A stretch of DNA of 64,000 nt from Planctomycetota bacterium (GTDB lineage Bacteria > Planctomycetota > UBA11346): NCBI GenBank assembly GCA_038231435.1, contig JBBRLJ010000019.1, positions 1 to 64,000 of the forward strand. Direction: 5' to 3'. Shown piece after piece: positions 39,292 to 49,350 of this stretch; within the stretch, counting starts at the first letter, position 1, and each line of letters starts with the position of its first letter. Position numbers and translations under genes: made by a program. The notes under the pieces were generated by a model. That model worked only from the letters and a program-made list of their open reading frames with translations. It was not told where the DNA came from and searched no databases.

Positions 39292-39782
39292 GACGGATAC
39301 CTCGTTCGCGGTGGTGGAAGTCGACTGACGATGTGTGCTGGCGCCCGAAACGCCAGAGCGACGCTCAACCGGCCGGAGCGACCGGTACACGCACGCGACC
39401 GGTCGGCATCCGGTAGGATGTCCCGAGGCTCATCCAGCCCCGTCGCCAGAGGACGTACGGACTATCCTCGAGGGCGCTTTCCGGATAGGGGTTCTCGGAC
39501 AGCTTCCCGCCCCGCCGGCGGTGGCGCATGCCCTGGTCGCTGGGTGACATGTCGGTGCCCTCGGCGCCGCCACTATGGATAGGCGCGCCTCCCACAGGGG
39601 CCACAAACCGGCGTCGGCTGTACACGACTCCCCTCTGCTGGCGTACCCACGGGCTTAGTCGCGGCTCGGGCGTCAGCGAGGCCAACGAGCATGCGGTGGA
39701 CGGGCTGCGCCCATGGTATCCACCGAGTGCCGCTCAGCGCCCGGGAGAGTGGGAGTTTGGCGTCGTACGAATGCGGTGCAGG

Positions 39783-42359
39783 TCAGGGGGATTTGGTGAT
39801 CACGTAGACGGGCTCCTGGTTCACGGTGACCGTGGCACCGGCGACCGTCATGGGGCTGCCGAGGGCGTCGAGGACCTCAGCGCCGGCGGGCACCGGCAGG
39901 CGATGGTCCTGGCCGTCGTTGGCCCACCACACGCCGACACGCGTGCGGCCCTCGGCGGGGAAGGCGTAGCAGTCGACGCCTGGTTCGGGCTCGCTGCGCA
40001 CCGGAGTGCCGACGCCGTCGATCAGCGCGGCCAGCATCGAGCGCGCCGCCACCACCGGCTTGATCGCGCGGTCGTGTTCGTCGTCGCGGCATTCGATCTC
40101 GCCCATCGCGCCATCGGTGTGGATCCCGTACATCACATAGGCCTTCACACCGGCGGCGAGCATGGTGACGTCATAACGGATCGCGAAGGCGACCTGGCCG
40201 CGCGGCGTCATGCCGCCGGTGGCCGAGACGTACCAGCTGCCGCAGCCGAACAGACCGCCCTCGGTGTTCCACTGCGGCTTGGGCGTTCCGAACTTGGCCT
40301 GGGACGCGGCGAAGCCGTCCACCTGGCGCTGAGCGAAGCTCGGCGAGCCGCCGTACAAGGCGTCGTTGTAGTCGTGGAACGAGAAGGCGTCGAAGCAGTC
40401 GGTGCCCGAGGCCTTGAGCACCAGCTCGGTCCAGGCCGCGCCGCGGTAGGTGTCGACACCGATGACCGTGACCTCGGGATTGGCCTTCTTGGCCTCACTG
40501 TATGCAGCCTTCATCAGGTCGGCATAGAGCTCGGGCGTGCCGCCCGCGCCGAGCCACCACTCGCCCCACGGTTCGTTCCAGATTTCCCAATGGTCGATCT
40601 TGCCGCGGTAGTGCGTGGTGACGGCGCGCACGTAGCCGCGCCACTCGTCCATGGCGCCGGGGAGATCGGGGATGTGCCAGATGCCCCAGTAGCCGCCCTC
40701 GCGTTTGCGGCTGGCGGTGCGCGCGGGCGCGCCGTCGTACATGCCGATGATGCCCAGTCCGGCGGCGTGCGCCGCGTCGACCTGGCGGTCGAAGAAATTC
40801 CAGGTGCCCGGTGCCACCTCGGCCACCGGCCATTTGCCGATCATGCAGGTATCGTGGAAGCGGATCCAGCGCATGCCGGCCGCGCGGGCCATGGCGATAT
40901 AGTCGGGCGTGAGTGGGATGTGCAGGCCGAAGTACGATTTCTCGGGTGCGATGTCGCGCGACGGCGGCAGGCGCGACCAGATCAGCTCGGTCGGCTGCGA
41001 CAGCGCCTTGCCGGCCGCGTCGCGGACCACCGCGCGCAGCTTGAACATGCCGTGCGGGCGGTTCGGCAGCTCGGGCAGCGCGACATGGTCTGCGGGCAGG
41101 GACAAGGCTGGCAACTTGGTGGTGCCGCCGAGCAGATCCTCGACGCTGAGCTCCAAGGTCGAACCGGTGGGCGGCGCTGGCGCCAGCGCCAGCCGCGCGG
41201 AACCGTGCTTGCCGTCGTGGAGGATGTGGCCAGGCAAGTCGAGATCGAGCGCGACCTCGGTCGGCGCTCCGGCGAGGTAGTCGACGGATGGCTCGGCCCG
41301 TTCCTCGACCATCGCTCCGTCCACCCACAGGCTGATCGCCTTGGTGGCATGGGGCTGGGCCGAGACGCGCAGCCGCGACCAGTCGATGAATGGGATCTTG
41401 CCGCTGACCACGCAGCGCTGCCACTCGGTGCCCACGCGGACGTCGCTAGTGATCTGGGTGTTGTCGAAGGCGATCCGCACCGGCGTATCCGCTTCGCTCG
41501 ACTTCAGCCACACGCTGCCGACGTGGACGCGATCGCCATTGGGGATGAACACCGGTGAGTGCGTCTCGTTGTTGCTGCCAGCGGCCTGCAGATCGATGCG
41601 CAGGCTGCGGGACCCGACCTGGCCGATCTCATCGATGCGCTGATGCACGTCGCCCCACACCCAGTCCGGATCGCCGGTCTGGCGCGTGGTCCAGCCGAAG
41701 GGCGGACGATCGGTCTCGAACGAACCGCCGACGATGAGATTGCCGACCTTGGCGGGAGCGTTGCCGGCGACAGACGCGAGATCCTCGAGCTTGGCATCAT
41801 CGACGTCGAAGCTCATCGGTTCGCCGGCGCGGATCATCAGGAACCCGGCCTCGTCCTTCTGCGGCACGCCGCGAACGCTGAACTCGCGCCATTCCGGCGA
41901 TAACGATGCCGAAGCAGATGCATAGGTTGTCCACGGAGCATCGGCCTGGCGCAGCATGAGGCCGACGGACTGACCGGGGCGGCCGCGCAGCCACACCGAG
42001 AAGCGCACACCCACGCCAGCCTTGAAACGCACCGGGTGGATGAACTGGACGCCGCCGCTGGCGAAACGCGTGACGTGCACCCGCTGCGCCGCCTTGCCGC
42101 CGTGCGGATCGGTCTTCTCCGACGAGTAGTCGATGTCGACATCCGCCCACGACGAATTGTCGTCCCAGCCTTCGCCGATCGCGCCGGTGATGCGCGAACC
42201 GGACGCATTCGGTTTTCCGGCGTTCGGGGCCGGGGTGAACGCGCCCTCGAAGTCCGCGTTGGCGAGTGCGGAACCATCCGCTGCGATCGCTGCGGAGGCC
42301 GATGATACGGCCAGGCAGCAGGAGAGCATCATCACAAGGATCACGAGGGCGCTACGCAT
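39783..42359 (-). CDS. Secreted clan GH-A glycoside hydrolase (GH39-like) with N-terminal CBM4/9-like modules
   Basis: Signal peptide; two NxxFE/GSFE-started CBM-like modules; WIRFHD, WEIWNEP (acid/base), SFHDY, WNTEGG (nucleophile). Confidence 0.8.
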   Translation of the reverse strand: MRSALVILVMMLSCCLAVSSASAAIAADGSALANADFEGAFTPAPNAGKPNASGSRITGAIGEGWDDNSSWADVDIDYSSEKTDPHGGKAAQRVHVTRFASGGVQFIHPVRFKAGVGVRFSVWLRGRPGQSVGLMLRQADAPWTTYASASASLSPEWREFSVRGVPQKDEAGFLMIRAGEPMSFDVDDAKLEDLASVAGNAPAKVGNLIVGGSFETDRPPFGWTTRQTGDPDWVWGDVHQRIDEIGQVGSRSLRIDLQAAGSNNETHSPVFIPNGDRVHVGSVWLKSSEADTPVRIAFDNTQITSDVRVGTEWQRCVVSGKIPFIDWSRLRVSAQPHATKAISLWVDGAMVEERAEPSVDYLAGAPTEVALDLDLPGHILHDGKHGSARLALAPAPPTGSTLELSVEDLLGGTTKLPALSLPADHVALPELPNRPHGMFKLRAVVRDAAGKALSQPTELIWSRLPPSRDIAPEKSYFGLHIPLTPDYIAMARAAGMRWIRFHDTCMIGKWPVAEVAPGTWNFFDRQVDAAHAAGLGIIGMYDGAPARTASRKREGGYWGIWHIPDLPGAMDEWRGYVRAVTTHYRGKIDHWEIWNEPWGEWWLGAGGTPELYADLMKAAYSEAKKANPEVTVIGVDTYRGAAWTELVLKASGTDCFDAFSFHDYNDALYGGSPSFAQRQVDGFAASQAKFGTPKPQWNTEGGLFGCGSWYVSATGGMTPRGQVAFAIRYDVTMLAAGVKAYVMYGIHTDGAMGEIECRDDEHDRAIKPVVAARSMLAALIDGVGTPVRSEPEPGVDCYAFPAEGRTRVGVWWANDGQDHRLPVPAGAEVLDALGSPMTVAGATVTVNQEPVYVITKSP

Positions 42360-42413
42360 GTGGACCATCCTGATTGGTTTTACGAAATATCTCGGCTGGA
42401 GATTAAACGATGC

Positions 42414-43019
42414 CTAGGGGGCCTTTGTGACATCGACCACCGAGACGTCGTCGATCAGGGCCTCGGCGACCGCGGTCATCCTGAACATCACGAAGCCCTC
42501 GCCATCCTCCTCCACCCTGCCGGTCATCTTGGACTCGCGCCAGTCCGAACCCAACGTTGCGGTAGTCGAGACGAAGGTGGTGTACGGTGCATCGCGCTTG
42601 CGCAGGACGATCTCGACGGGCGTCGACAGGGTGCCACGCAGCCACGCCGAGAAGGCGTAAGTGTGGCCCTTCTTGAAGGTGAACTTCTGGGCGAACTGCA
42701 CCGCGCCCGAGCCAAAGGACTTCACCTCGATGCGCTGCGCCGAGGCGCCGCCGTGCTTCTCGGACTTCTCCTGCGAGTACACCACCTTGATGTCGGCCCA
42801 GTTGGAATTGTCGAGCCAGCCATCGCCGATCTTGCCGCTCACCTTGGGCGTGCCGTCAGCGGCCTTGGCCGGTTCGGTGAGGTCGATGAAGCCACTGTCG
42901 AAGGAGCCATTGGTCATCAGGTTGGCGTCGGCGGCGCGCAGCGGCACCGCCATGGCCATGGCGGCGATGCACATGGTGGACAGAAGGCAGAGGCAGGCTC
43001 GGCAGACGGATGCGTTCAT
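42414..43019 (-). CDS. Secreted stand-alone carbohydrate-binding module (CBM4/9-like)
   Basis: Signal peptide, NLMTNGSFD, YAFSAWLRG, LIDDVSV; clearly similar to the first module of 39783..42359. Confidence 0.78.
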   Translation of the reverse strand: MNASVCRACLCLLSTMCIAAMAMAVPLRAADANLMTNGSFDSGFIDLTEPAKAADGTPKVSGKIGDGWLDNSNWADIKVVYSQEKSEKHGGASAQRIEVKSFGSGAVQFAQKFTFKKGHTYAFSAWLRGTLSTPVEIVLRKRDAPYTTFVSTTATLGSDWRESKMTGRVEEDGEGFVMFRMTAVAEALIDDVSVVDVTKAP

Positions 43020-43063
43020 GGGGTTCCTCGTGTGGAAGTGGTTGTCATGGGTGGATAGACGAT

Positions 43064-44494
43064 TCAGTTCTGGGTGATGACCGAGCCTGCCCCGGCATAG
43101 AGGTCGAGCGCGCTCTCGAGTTCGACCTTCACCACCGCGCAGGTGCGGTCGAGGCCGCGCGCGGGAACGTCGATCGAGATCGGACTCGGCACGCCATGGA
43201 CGGCGGGCGGGCCCTGGGTGAAGCGCAGCGGCCGCCCGGGGTGGCTTCCATTCTCTGCGCCGAGGATGCTCGCGCGCCGGACCCGGCTCATGATGCCCTT
43301 CACCACCACGCCGTGGCGTGGCGCATCGAACAGGAACAGGTACAGCGTGCGCCGGTCGGCGCTGAGCGTGGATGGGCCGTAATGGTAGCCGGGCGGCAGG
43401 CCCGCGACGGTGCCGAAGATGGCTTCGCCATGTCGGCGGTTCCAGGCGCCGAGGGCGCGCAGGCGCGTCGCGGCCTCTTTCGGGATGGTGCCGTCCGGAC
43501 GCGGCCCGAAGCCGAGCAGCAGATTGCCACCCATGGAGACGGTCTCGACGAACAACCGGATGATGCGCTCGATGGATTTGTATGTGGTATCCGACGGGCG
43601 GTAACCCCACGAATCGTTCATGGTGACGCTGTATTCCCAGCGTCCCGGCGGGGGAACCAGCGGCTGGCCCTGCTCCGGAGTCTCGAAGTCGCCGTAGCCT
43701 TTCATGCGCGAGTTCAGCAGCACGCCCGGCGACCAGCGCCGCAATTGCGAACGCAGTTCGCGCATGCGCCACATCGATTCGGTCCGGTCCCAGTCGCCAT
43801 CGAACCACAGCAGGTCTGGAAGATAGCCGGTGCACAGCTCCTTCAGCTGGGCGCGGTGGAAGCGCAGGAATCGCTCCCAGCGCTTGGGCTCCGCCGCCTG
43901 GTCCCCTTGCGGATAGACCCAGCGCTTCGAGCGCCAGGGTTCCTCGGGAAACGGCTCGTTGAACATGGTCGCGTAGTCGGGATGCGACCAGTCGAGGTGC
44001 GAGAAGTACAGCCCCACCTTCAAGCCGCGCTTGCGCATCGCCTGGCAGTAGGGCCCGATGAGGTCGCGCGCCGCCGGTGTGCGCGACACCACGTTGAGAT
44101 CGCTGTGCTTGGTATCCCACAGCGCCACGCCGTCGTGGTGCTTGGTGGTCAGCACCGCATAGCGCGCTCCGGCCTCCTGGAACAGCTCCGCCCAGGCGTC
44201 GGGATCGTAGCGGCTGGCGGTGAAGCCCGCGAGCTGCGCCATGTAGGCGTCGTACGACATCTCACCGTTGAAGAACGGCCAGCTCTCGACGGTGCCCTGG
44301 ACCGAGTAGACGCCCCAGTGCAGGAAGACGCCGAGCTTGGCGTCGTCGAACCACGCCTGCGGATCCTCGCCCGCCTGCGACGACGCCACGGCCTCCGTGG
44401 CGTCGGCGGCGTCAGCAGAAACCCCGCTCGCGCGGGGCCTCCCGCGTAATCGGGCAGCGGCGGGGATCGGCCGAGGCTTGCTGGAGGTGCTCAC
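43064..44494 (-). CDS. Alpha-L-fucosidase, glycoside hydrolase family 29
   Basis: WFDDAKLGVFLHWGVYS, TTKHHDG, YFSHLDW, LLWFDGDW, SWGY, GGNLLL. GTG start with AGGAG RBS (alternative 44512). Confidence 0.93.
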   Translation of the reverse strand: MSTSSKPRPIPAAARLRGRPRASGVSADAADATEAVASSQAGEDPQAWFDDAKLGVFLHWGVYSVQGTVESWPFFNGEMSYDAYMAQLAGFTASRYDPDAWAELFQEAGARYAVLTTKHHDGVALWDTKHSDLNVVSRTPAARDLIGPYCQAMRKRGLKVGLYFSHLDWSHPDYATMFNEPFPEEPWRSKRWVYPQGDQAAEPKRWERFLRFHRAQLKELCTGYLPDLLWFDGDWDRTESMWRMRELRSQLRRWSPGVLLNSRMKGYGDFETPEQGQPLVPPPGRWEYSVTMNDSWGYRPSDTTYKSIERIIRLFVETVSMGGNLLLGFGPRPDGTIPKEAATRLRALGAWNRRHGEAIFGTVAGLPPGYHYGPSTLSADRRTLYLFLFDAPRHGVVVKGIMSRVRRASILGAENGSHPGRPLRFTQGPPAVHGVPSPISIDVPARGLDRTCAVVKVELESALDLYAGAGSVITQN

Positions 44495-44508
44495 GCTGGG
44501 GCTCCTGC

Positions 44509-46143
44509 TCACGGGGTGACGACAACGGTGACGATCTCGAGCGGACGCAGCACCAGGGCGAGGCGGCCCTCGCGCACCTGCACGACCTCGTCGATGGCGG
44601 TGGCGAGATCGGCATCGCGCCGACACACGCGCGCGACACCCTCCAGCACCGGGAGCCGCCACACCACGCGCAGGGTCTCCGCCGGCAGTCCGGCATTCTC
44701 GAGTTCGAAATTTCCCTTCGCGTCAGCCGCGGGAAAGCTGGCGGAGGTGAAGTTCACCGCCGCCAGCGCCAGACCGCCATCCGGACGCCGCGCCGCCACC
44801 GCCTGCAGCGGCGGCTTGCGGCCATAGGTCCAGGCTTCGAGGGTGGGCGAGCCGATGGTCGCGAGCACCCGGCTGCCGGGCGGGAATGCGGCGCAGAGAT
44901 CCTTCAGCGGATGGAATTTCCCGAGCTTCTCGACCGTCACCGGCGCGCGCTCCTGGAAGACGCGGATCAGGCGGGTCTGGTCATCGTTCGCGTCGTGGCC
45001 TTCGTAGGCGAGGAACCACAGCCAATGCGTGCAGCCGTTGCGCAGATCATTGGCGATGCGCGCGGCCATCGACGCCGCGGCGACGCGGTCGTTGGGCTGC
45101 TCGGCGCCGTTGGCGCTCGCCTCGGTCATCCACAGGTCCTTCCCCGCGGGCAGCATCTGCTCGCTCACGCCGGGCCGCATCGCCATGTTGTAGCTGTGCC
45201 AGGCGATGCCCGATAGGGCGGCCCAGGCCTCGGGGTCGGCGCGCAACGCCGCTACGCGTTCATCGAAGGTCCAATCGACGCTCGAGGTCTCGGGCGCGAT
45301 GATCGCCACCTCGCCCAGCGTGCGTTCGTCGAGGGCGCGGCGCAGGGCCTTCACCGCCAGCGGTGTCTGCGCGGTGGCGATGAAGCCGCTGAACCCGCTG
45401 TCCTGGTTCGGCTCGTTCATGATGCCGGTGGCGGTGATCGCTATGCCGTGACTTTTTTTGATGCGGGCGATGGCCTCGGCCACCGCGCCCATCATCGCCA
45501 CCACGCCGGCGTCCGAGATCACGCGCGATTCGGCGTGGCCAGAGCCCTGGACCGGAATGGGCTCGGGCTTGGCCAGGCGCAGGTGGGCGGGCATGCACGC
45601 CGGCACCAGCTGGATGGCCGTGCAGCCGGCAGCGACCGCCTCGTCGATGACGTGCGAATCGATGTAGCGCGTCGTGAAGTCGCCGAGGTCGAGCGTGCCA
45701 TCGGGCTTCATCGCATCCTGCATGAACAGCCAGACGCGCAGGATGCGCAGCCCGCCATCGCCCCAGGTCTCGCGAGCGAGCTCGCGGTGCAGTCCGGCGG
45801 GAGCGGTGCGCGTCCATTGGTTGCAATCGAAGGCGGAGGTTCCGAAACCATGGAAGGTCTGACGATCTCCGCCGACCTCGACCGTGCAGGTCCGCGCCGC
45901 CGGGTCATCGGCGACGACCCGATGCCATGCCAGAGCCGCGGACTTGGTGGGGGTAGCGTCTGGCACTGCGGCGAGGGTTGTGGACGTGGCTTCGGGTGCG
46001 GCCGGAGAGTCCGAGCTGGCAGCGGCGACCGGGGCAGGCGCCGCTGTCCCAGCGTCCTCGGGGCCTCGGGCGCACGCGGAAAGGAATGCGACCAGCGCCG
46101 CGGCGAGGATCAATGCCACGAAGCAGGCGGTGGGATGGTTCAT
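44509..46143 (-). CDS. Lipoprotein clan GH-A glycoside hydrolase (GH30-like)
   Basis: Lipobox FLSA|C; QTFHGFG, GLRILRV, MNEP, WHSY, LWMTEAS, WLWF. Confidence 0.75.
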   Translation of the reverse strand: MNHPTACFVALILAAALVAFLSACARGPEDAGTAAPAPVAAASSDSPAAPEATSTTLAAVPDATPTKSAALAWHRVVADDPAARTCTVEVGGDRQTFHGFGTSAFDCNQWTRTAPAGLHRELARETWGDGGLRILRVWLFMQDAMKPDGTLDLGDFTTRYIDSHVIDEAVAAGCTAIQLVPACMPAHLRLAKPEPIPVQGSGHAESRVISDAGVVAMMGAVAEAIARIKKSHGIAITATGIMNEPNQDSGFSGFIATAQTPLAVKALRRALDERTLGEVAIIAPETSSVDWTFDERVAALRADPEAWAALSGIAWHSYNMAMRPGVSEQMLPAGKDLWMTEASANGAEQPNDRVAAASMAARIANDLRNGCTHWLWFLAYEGHDANDDQTRLIRVFQERAPVTVEKLGKFHPLKDLCAAFPPGSRVLATIGSPTLEAWTYGRKPPLQAVAARRPDGGLALAAVNFTSASFPAADAKGNFELENAGLPAETLRVVWRLPVLEGVARVCRRDADLATAIDEVVQVREGRLALVLRPLEIVTVVVTP

Positions 46144-46199
46144 GCGGGCTCCCGGTTGTCGTGCTGGCCGGACCGAGATGGCCGTGGCCGCTTGCATAG

Positions 46200-46217
46200 T
46201 GCCAAATGCATTTATCA
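46200..46217. promoter_or_regulatory. Putative LacI-type operator
   Basis: TGCCAAATGCATTTATCA (core palindrome AAATGCATTT, TG...CA ends) between the divergent GH30-like and LacI genes. Confidence 0.5.
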
Positions 46218-46222
46218 TCGGC

Positions 46223-47239
46223 ATGATGGTCACTTCCGACGATCTTGTCAATGACCTCGGCCTGTCCCGTACCGCCATCAGCCAGATCATCAACGGCAAG
46301 GGCCGCTACCCCGAATCGACGCGCCAGCGCGTGCTCGCTCGGGCGCGCGAATTGGGGTACACTCCCCATGCCGGAGCCCGCGCAGCTCGGCTCAAGCGCT
46401 TCGAGACGCTCACGCTCTTCAATGCCGCCCCCTTCTGGCAAGGGATCCCCCATCCTGGTTTGTACGAGGGCTGCATGCTCGGTTGCGCGGAGATCGGATA
46501 CCGGCTGCTGCTCGAGACCGTGACCGCTGATGGCATGCCCGGACTCGCCCAGCGCTCAAACCTGCTGGGCCAGCGGAACTGCGACGGACTGCTGATGAAC
46601 TACCATCTGCCCCCGCCCACCGACCTGCGGCGCCTGGTGGACGCCTGCGGCGTCCCGGTCCTGTGGCTCAACGTGCAGCTCGATGAAGCCTGCATCCATC
46701 CAGATGATCACCGCGCCGCGCAGGATCTCACCCGCGCGCTGCTTGCACGCGGGCGCAAGCGCATCGCCTATGTCGACACCAGCCACGACTACCGCACCCC
46801 AGGTGGCCTCGACGGTGCCCACTACAGCGTCGCGGCGCGCTGGAATGGTGTGCGCGAGGCTGTTGCCGCGGCCGGCTTGGAGCTGCGCCAGCTGACGCCG
46901 GGGCCGATGTCGTCGTTCGAGGCGCGCATGGACGCCGCGCGCGCGTTCCTCGCCATGCCGGATCGCCCTGATGCCGTGGTCTGCTACAACGAGCTGGACG
47001 CCCAACTCATGTTGCTCGCCGCAACCGAAGCGGGCCTGCGGCCCGGATCCGATCTCGGCATCGCCCAGTTCAGCGAGAATCCCAGCATCATGAAACGTCC
47101 GGTGGCGACGGCGGTGATCCCATTCCGCGACTTGGCGATCACCGCGGTGCGCAGCCTCGTCGAGGCGGTGAACACCGGCATCAAGCGGCTCCCGAACCGC
47201 ATCGTTCCGTTCACCTACACTCTGGAAGGGACCCTATGA
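46223..47239 (+). CDS. LacI-family transcriptional regulator
   Basis: VTSDDLVNDLGLSRTAISQIING...TRQRVLARARELGYTPH; RGRKRIAY, PDAVVCYNE. Confidence 0.9.
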   Translation: MMVTSDDLVNDLGLSRTAISQIINGKGRYPESTRQRVLARARELGYTPHAGARAARLKRFETLTLFNAAPFWQGIPHPGLYEGCMLGCAEIGYRLLLETVTADGMPGLAQRSNLLGQRNCDGLLMNYHLPPPTDLRRLVDACGVPVLWLNVQLDEACIHPDDHRAAQDLTRALLARGRKRIAYVDTSHDYRTPGGLDGAHYSVAARWNGVREAVAAAGLELRQLTPGPMSSFEARMDAARAFLAMPDRPDAVVCYNELDAQLMLLAATEAGLRPGSDLGIAQFSENPSIMKRPVATAVIPFRDLAITAVRSLVEAVNTGIKRLPNRIVPFTYTLEGTL

Positions 47240-47985
47240 GCCTCCATGCCATCGAAGCTCATGCCTTCGGATCGCCAGCTCGCCCACGCGCGGGCTTCAC
47301 GCTCGTCGAACTGCTGGTGGTGATCTCGATCCTCGGGGTGCTGACCGCACTGCTGCTTCCAGCCGTGAGCATGGTCCGCGAGGGAGCCCACCAAGTGCAT
47401 TGCGGCAGCAATCAGCGCCAGTGCATGATGGCGATCATCGCCTATGCGGACGAGAACAGCGGCAAGTGCCCGCCGGCAGAGCTCTCGGTGATCAGCCCGC
47501 CGCCTTACCCGGCGAACTACCGCCATTGGTGGCACGCGGTGGTGATCGGCGGCTACCTCACGGGGGTAAGGGTGACTGGCACGGTAGGCTACGACGGCAA
47601 CGCCACCTTCAACGTCACCACGCACTGGCCGAACCTCATCAGCTGCCCGAAGATCCATCCGGTCGGCGACGACAACCTCAGCGACCAGTCGTTCGGCGTC
47701 GCGCGCGACATCGTCCCGGGCATGACGCTCGCGGGATTCGTCAACATGAACCGCCTGACCGCGAGCATCCCCTACCTCGCCGATACCCTCTGTCCGGCGC
47801 GCCCTGGCCACACCGCTCCCTACTGGTTCTCGAAGAACACCGGAAACTACGACTGGGGTTCGATCGCGCTGGTTCACCGCGGCAAGGCCAATGTCACCTA
47901 CGGCGATTGCCACGTGTCGATCACCGCCAAGCAGAAATTCACCTCCGAGCTGAACGTCGATCCGGAATGCCTGGCGGTCCCCTGA
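47236..47985 (+). CDS. Prepilin N-methylation protein with H-X9-DG-type C-terminal motif (PVC/DUF1559-like)
   Basis: RAG|FTLVELLVVISILGVLTALLLPAV, CGSNQRQ...AYADEN, CP, HRGKANVTYGDCHV. Confidence 0.88.
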   Translation: MSLHAIEAHAFGSPARPRAGFTLVELLVVISILGVLTALLLPAVSMVREGAHQVHCGSNQRQCMMAIIAYADENSGKCPPAELSVISPPPYPANYRHWWHAVVIGGYLTGVRVTGTVGYDGNATFNVTTHWPNLISCPKIHPVGDDNLSDQSFGVARDIVPGMTLAGFVNMNRLTASIPYLADTLCPARPGHTAPYWFSKNTGNYDWGSIALVHRGKANVTYGDCHVSITAKQKFTSELNVDPECLAVP

Positions 47986-48031
47986 GCTACCCGCGCCACT
48001 CGCTCCACCTCTCTCAGACATCGGAGCATCC

Positions 48032-48553
48032 ATGCCGACAGCCCGCGCCACCGCATCGCAAGACGGCCCGTCGCCATTCATGGCGACGCTCCACGAACGC
48101 CGCTACCTGATCCTCGGCGTCCTGGTGGCGGCCATCTCGCTGGTCGGGTGGTTCCTGGACGACCTCCGCGGAATGTTGCCGCGCAAGAAGTTCAACGTCG
48201 CGGCGATCCAGGGGACCTGGCGCCTCGACGAGACCGAGTTCGCCAAGAAACTGAAAGCGATTCCCGAATCCAGCATCGAAACCAAGAAGTACCACCAGAA
48301 GATCGCAGACCTCGGCGAGCAGTACAAGACCTGGTCGTATTCCTTCACCGCGGACTCGTACGCGATCAAGAAGGGATCCGCCAGCGAGGAGATCCCGTGC
48401 GCCTATGAAGGTGGACCGGCCAATGCCGTGGTCGTGCATGGCGATGGCTCGAAGAACGGTCCGGTGATGATGTCGTTGATCATGGACAAGGACGCCAGCC
48501 GCATGCGCCTGTGCCTGCCCGATCTGGTCCTGCCACTCAAACGCTCGGACTGA
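48032..48553 (+). CDS. Hypothetical membrane-anchored protein
   Basis: One N-terminal TM (YLILGVLVAAISLVGWFL), then a soluble beta-rich domain (IQGTWRLD); start may be 48080. Confidence 0.65.
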   Translation: MPTARATASQDGPSPFMATLHERRYLILGVLVAAISLVGWFLDDLRGMLPRKKFNVAAIQGTWRLDETEFAKKLKAIPESSIETKKYHQKIADLGEQYKTWSYSFTADSYAIKKGSASEEIPCAYEGGPANAVVVHGDGSKNGPVMMSLIMDKDASRMRLCLPDLVLPLKRSD

Positions 48554-48633
48554 CACCAGCCCTCGAGAGCTGCGATGTCGCGGCGCCACCCCTCACCCAG
48601 GGCGAAAGCACCGCGCAGGCGAAGAACTGCCCA

Positions 48634-49350
48634 TTACTTGTTCGGTGGCGCCTGGTCGGCCGGCTTCACCTCGTCGGGGAAGGCCGCGCGCACGCGCGCG
48701 ATCTTCGGCAGCGACCAGGCACGCACGTAGGCCTGATCCGGATGCAGGGTCACGTAGTGCTGGTGGTAGTCCTCGGCCGGAAAAAACCCGAGCGGCATGC
48801 TTTCGACAGTGGCGGCGATCGGCGCGGCGAAGGCCTTCGCCTCGTCGAGTTGGCGGATGTAGGCCTCGGCCACGCGCTTCTGCTCGTCGTCGGCGGTGAA
48901 CACCGCCATGCGGTACTGGTGCCCGAAATCCGGCTTCTGCCCATCCTTGGTGGTCGGATCGCCGGCGGTGAAGAGCACGCGCAGCAGCTCGCCATAGGTG
49001 ATCTGCGCCGCATCGTAAGTGATCTTGATCGCCTCGGCGTGGTTGGTTTCGTGGTAGCTCTCGTAGGTCGCGGTCGCGGCGGTGCCGCCGGCATATCCGG
49101 ACACCACCGAGGTCACGCCCTTCAGCTGCTCGAAGGCGGCCTCCTCGCACCAGAAGCAGCCGCCCGCGAGCACCGCGGTGCGGGCCTCCCCCGGCCTGCC
49201 GAGCGGCAGATCCACCGCGGGCTTCGGCAGAGCAGCCACGGGTTTGGCGGCAGCCGCCTCGGATGCCGGCGACGAACCGGCACACGAGCACAGCAGCAGG
49301 GCCATGCCGGCGGCGAGCAGCGGAACCAGGCTGAAGGCGGGGAAGTGCAT
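48634..49350 (-). CDS. msrA: Peptide-methionine (S)-S-oxide reductase with export/lipoprotein signal
   Basis: GGCFWC, VVSGYAGG, HAEA, DFGHQYR, FFPAEDYHQHY; N-terminal hydrophobic signal with LLCSC. Confidence 0.93.
   Translation of the reverse strand: MHFPAFSLVPLLAAGMALLLCSCAGSSPASEAAAAKPVAALPKPAVDLPLGRPGEARTAVLAGGCFWCEEAAFEQLKGVTSVVSGYAGGTAATATYESYHETNHAEAIKITYDAAQITYGELLRVLFTAGDPTTKDGQKPDFGHQYRMAVFTADDEQKRVAEAYIRQLDEAKAFAAPIAATVESMPLGFFPAEDYHQHYVTLHPDQAYVRAWSLPKIARVRAAFPDEVKPADQAPPNK

Noticed and set aside
39292..39782. Long intergenic region as an ncRNA or riboswitch
   Set aside because: No recognisable consensus by eye; needs an Rfam scan.
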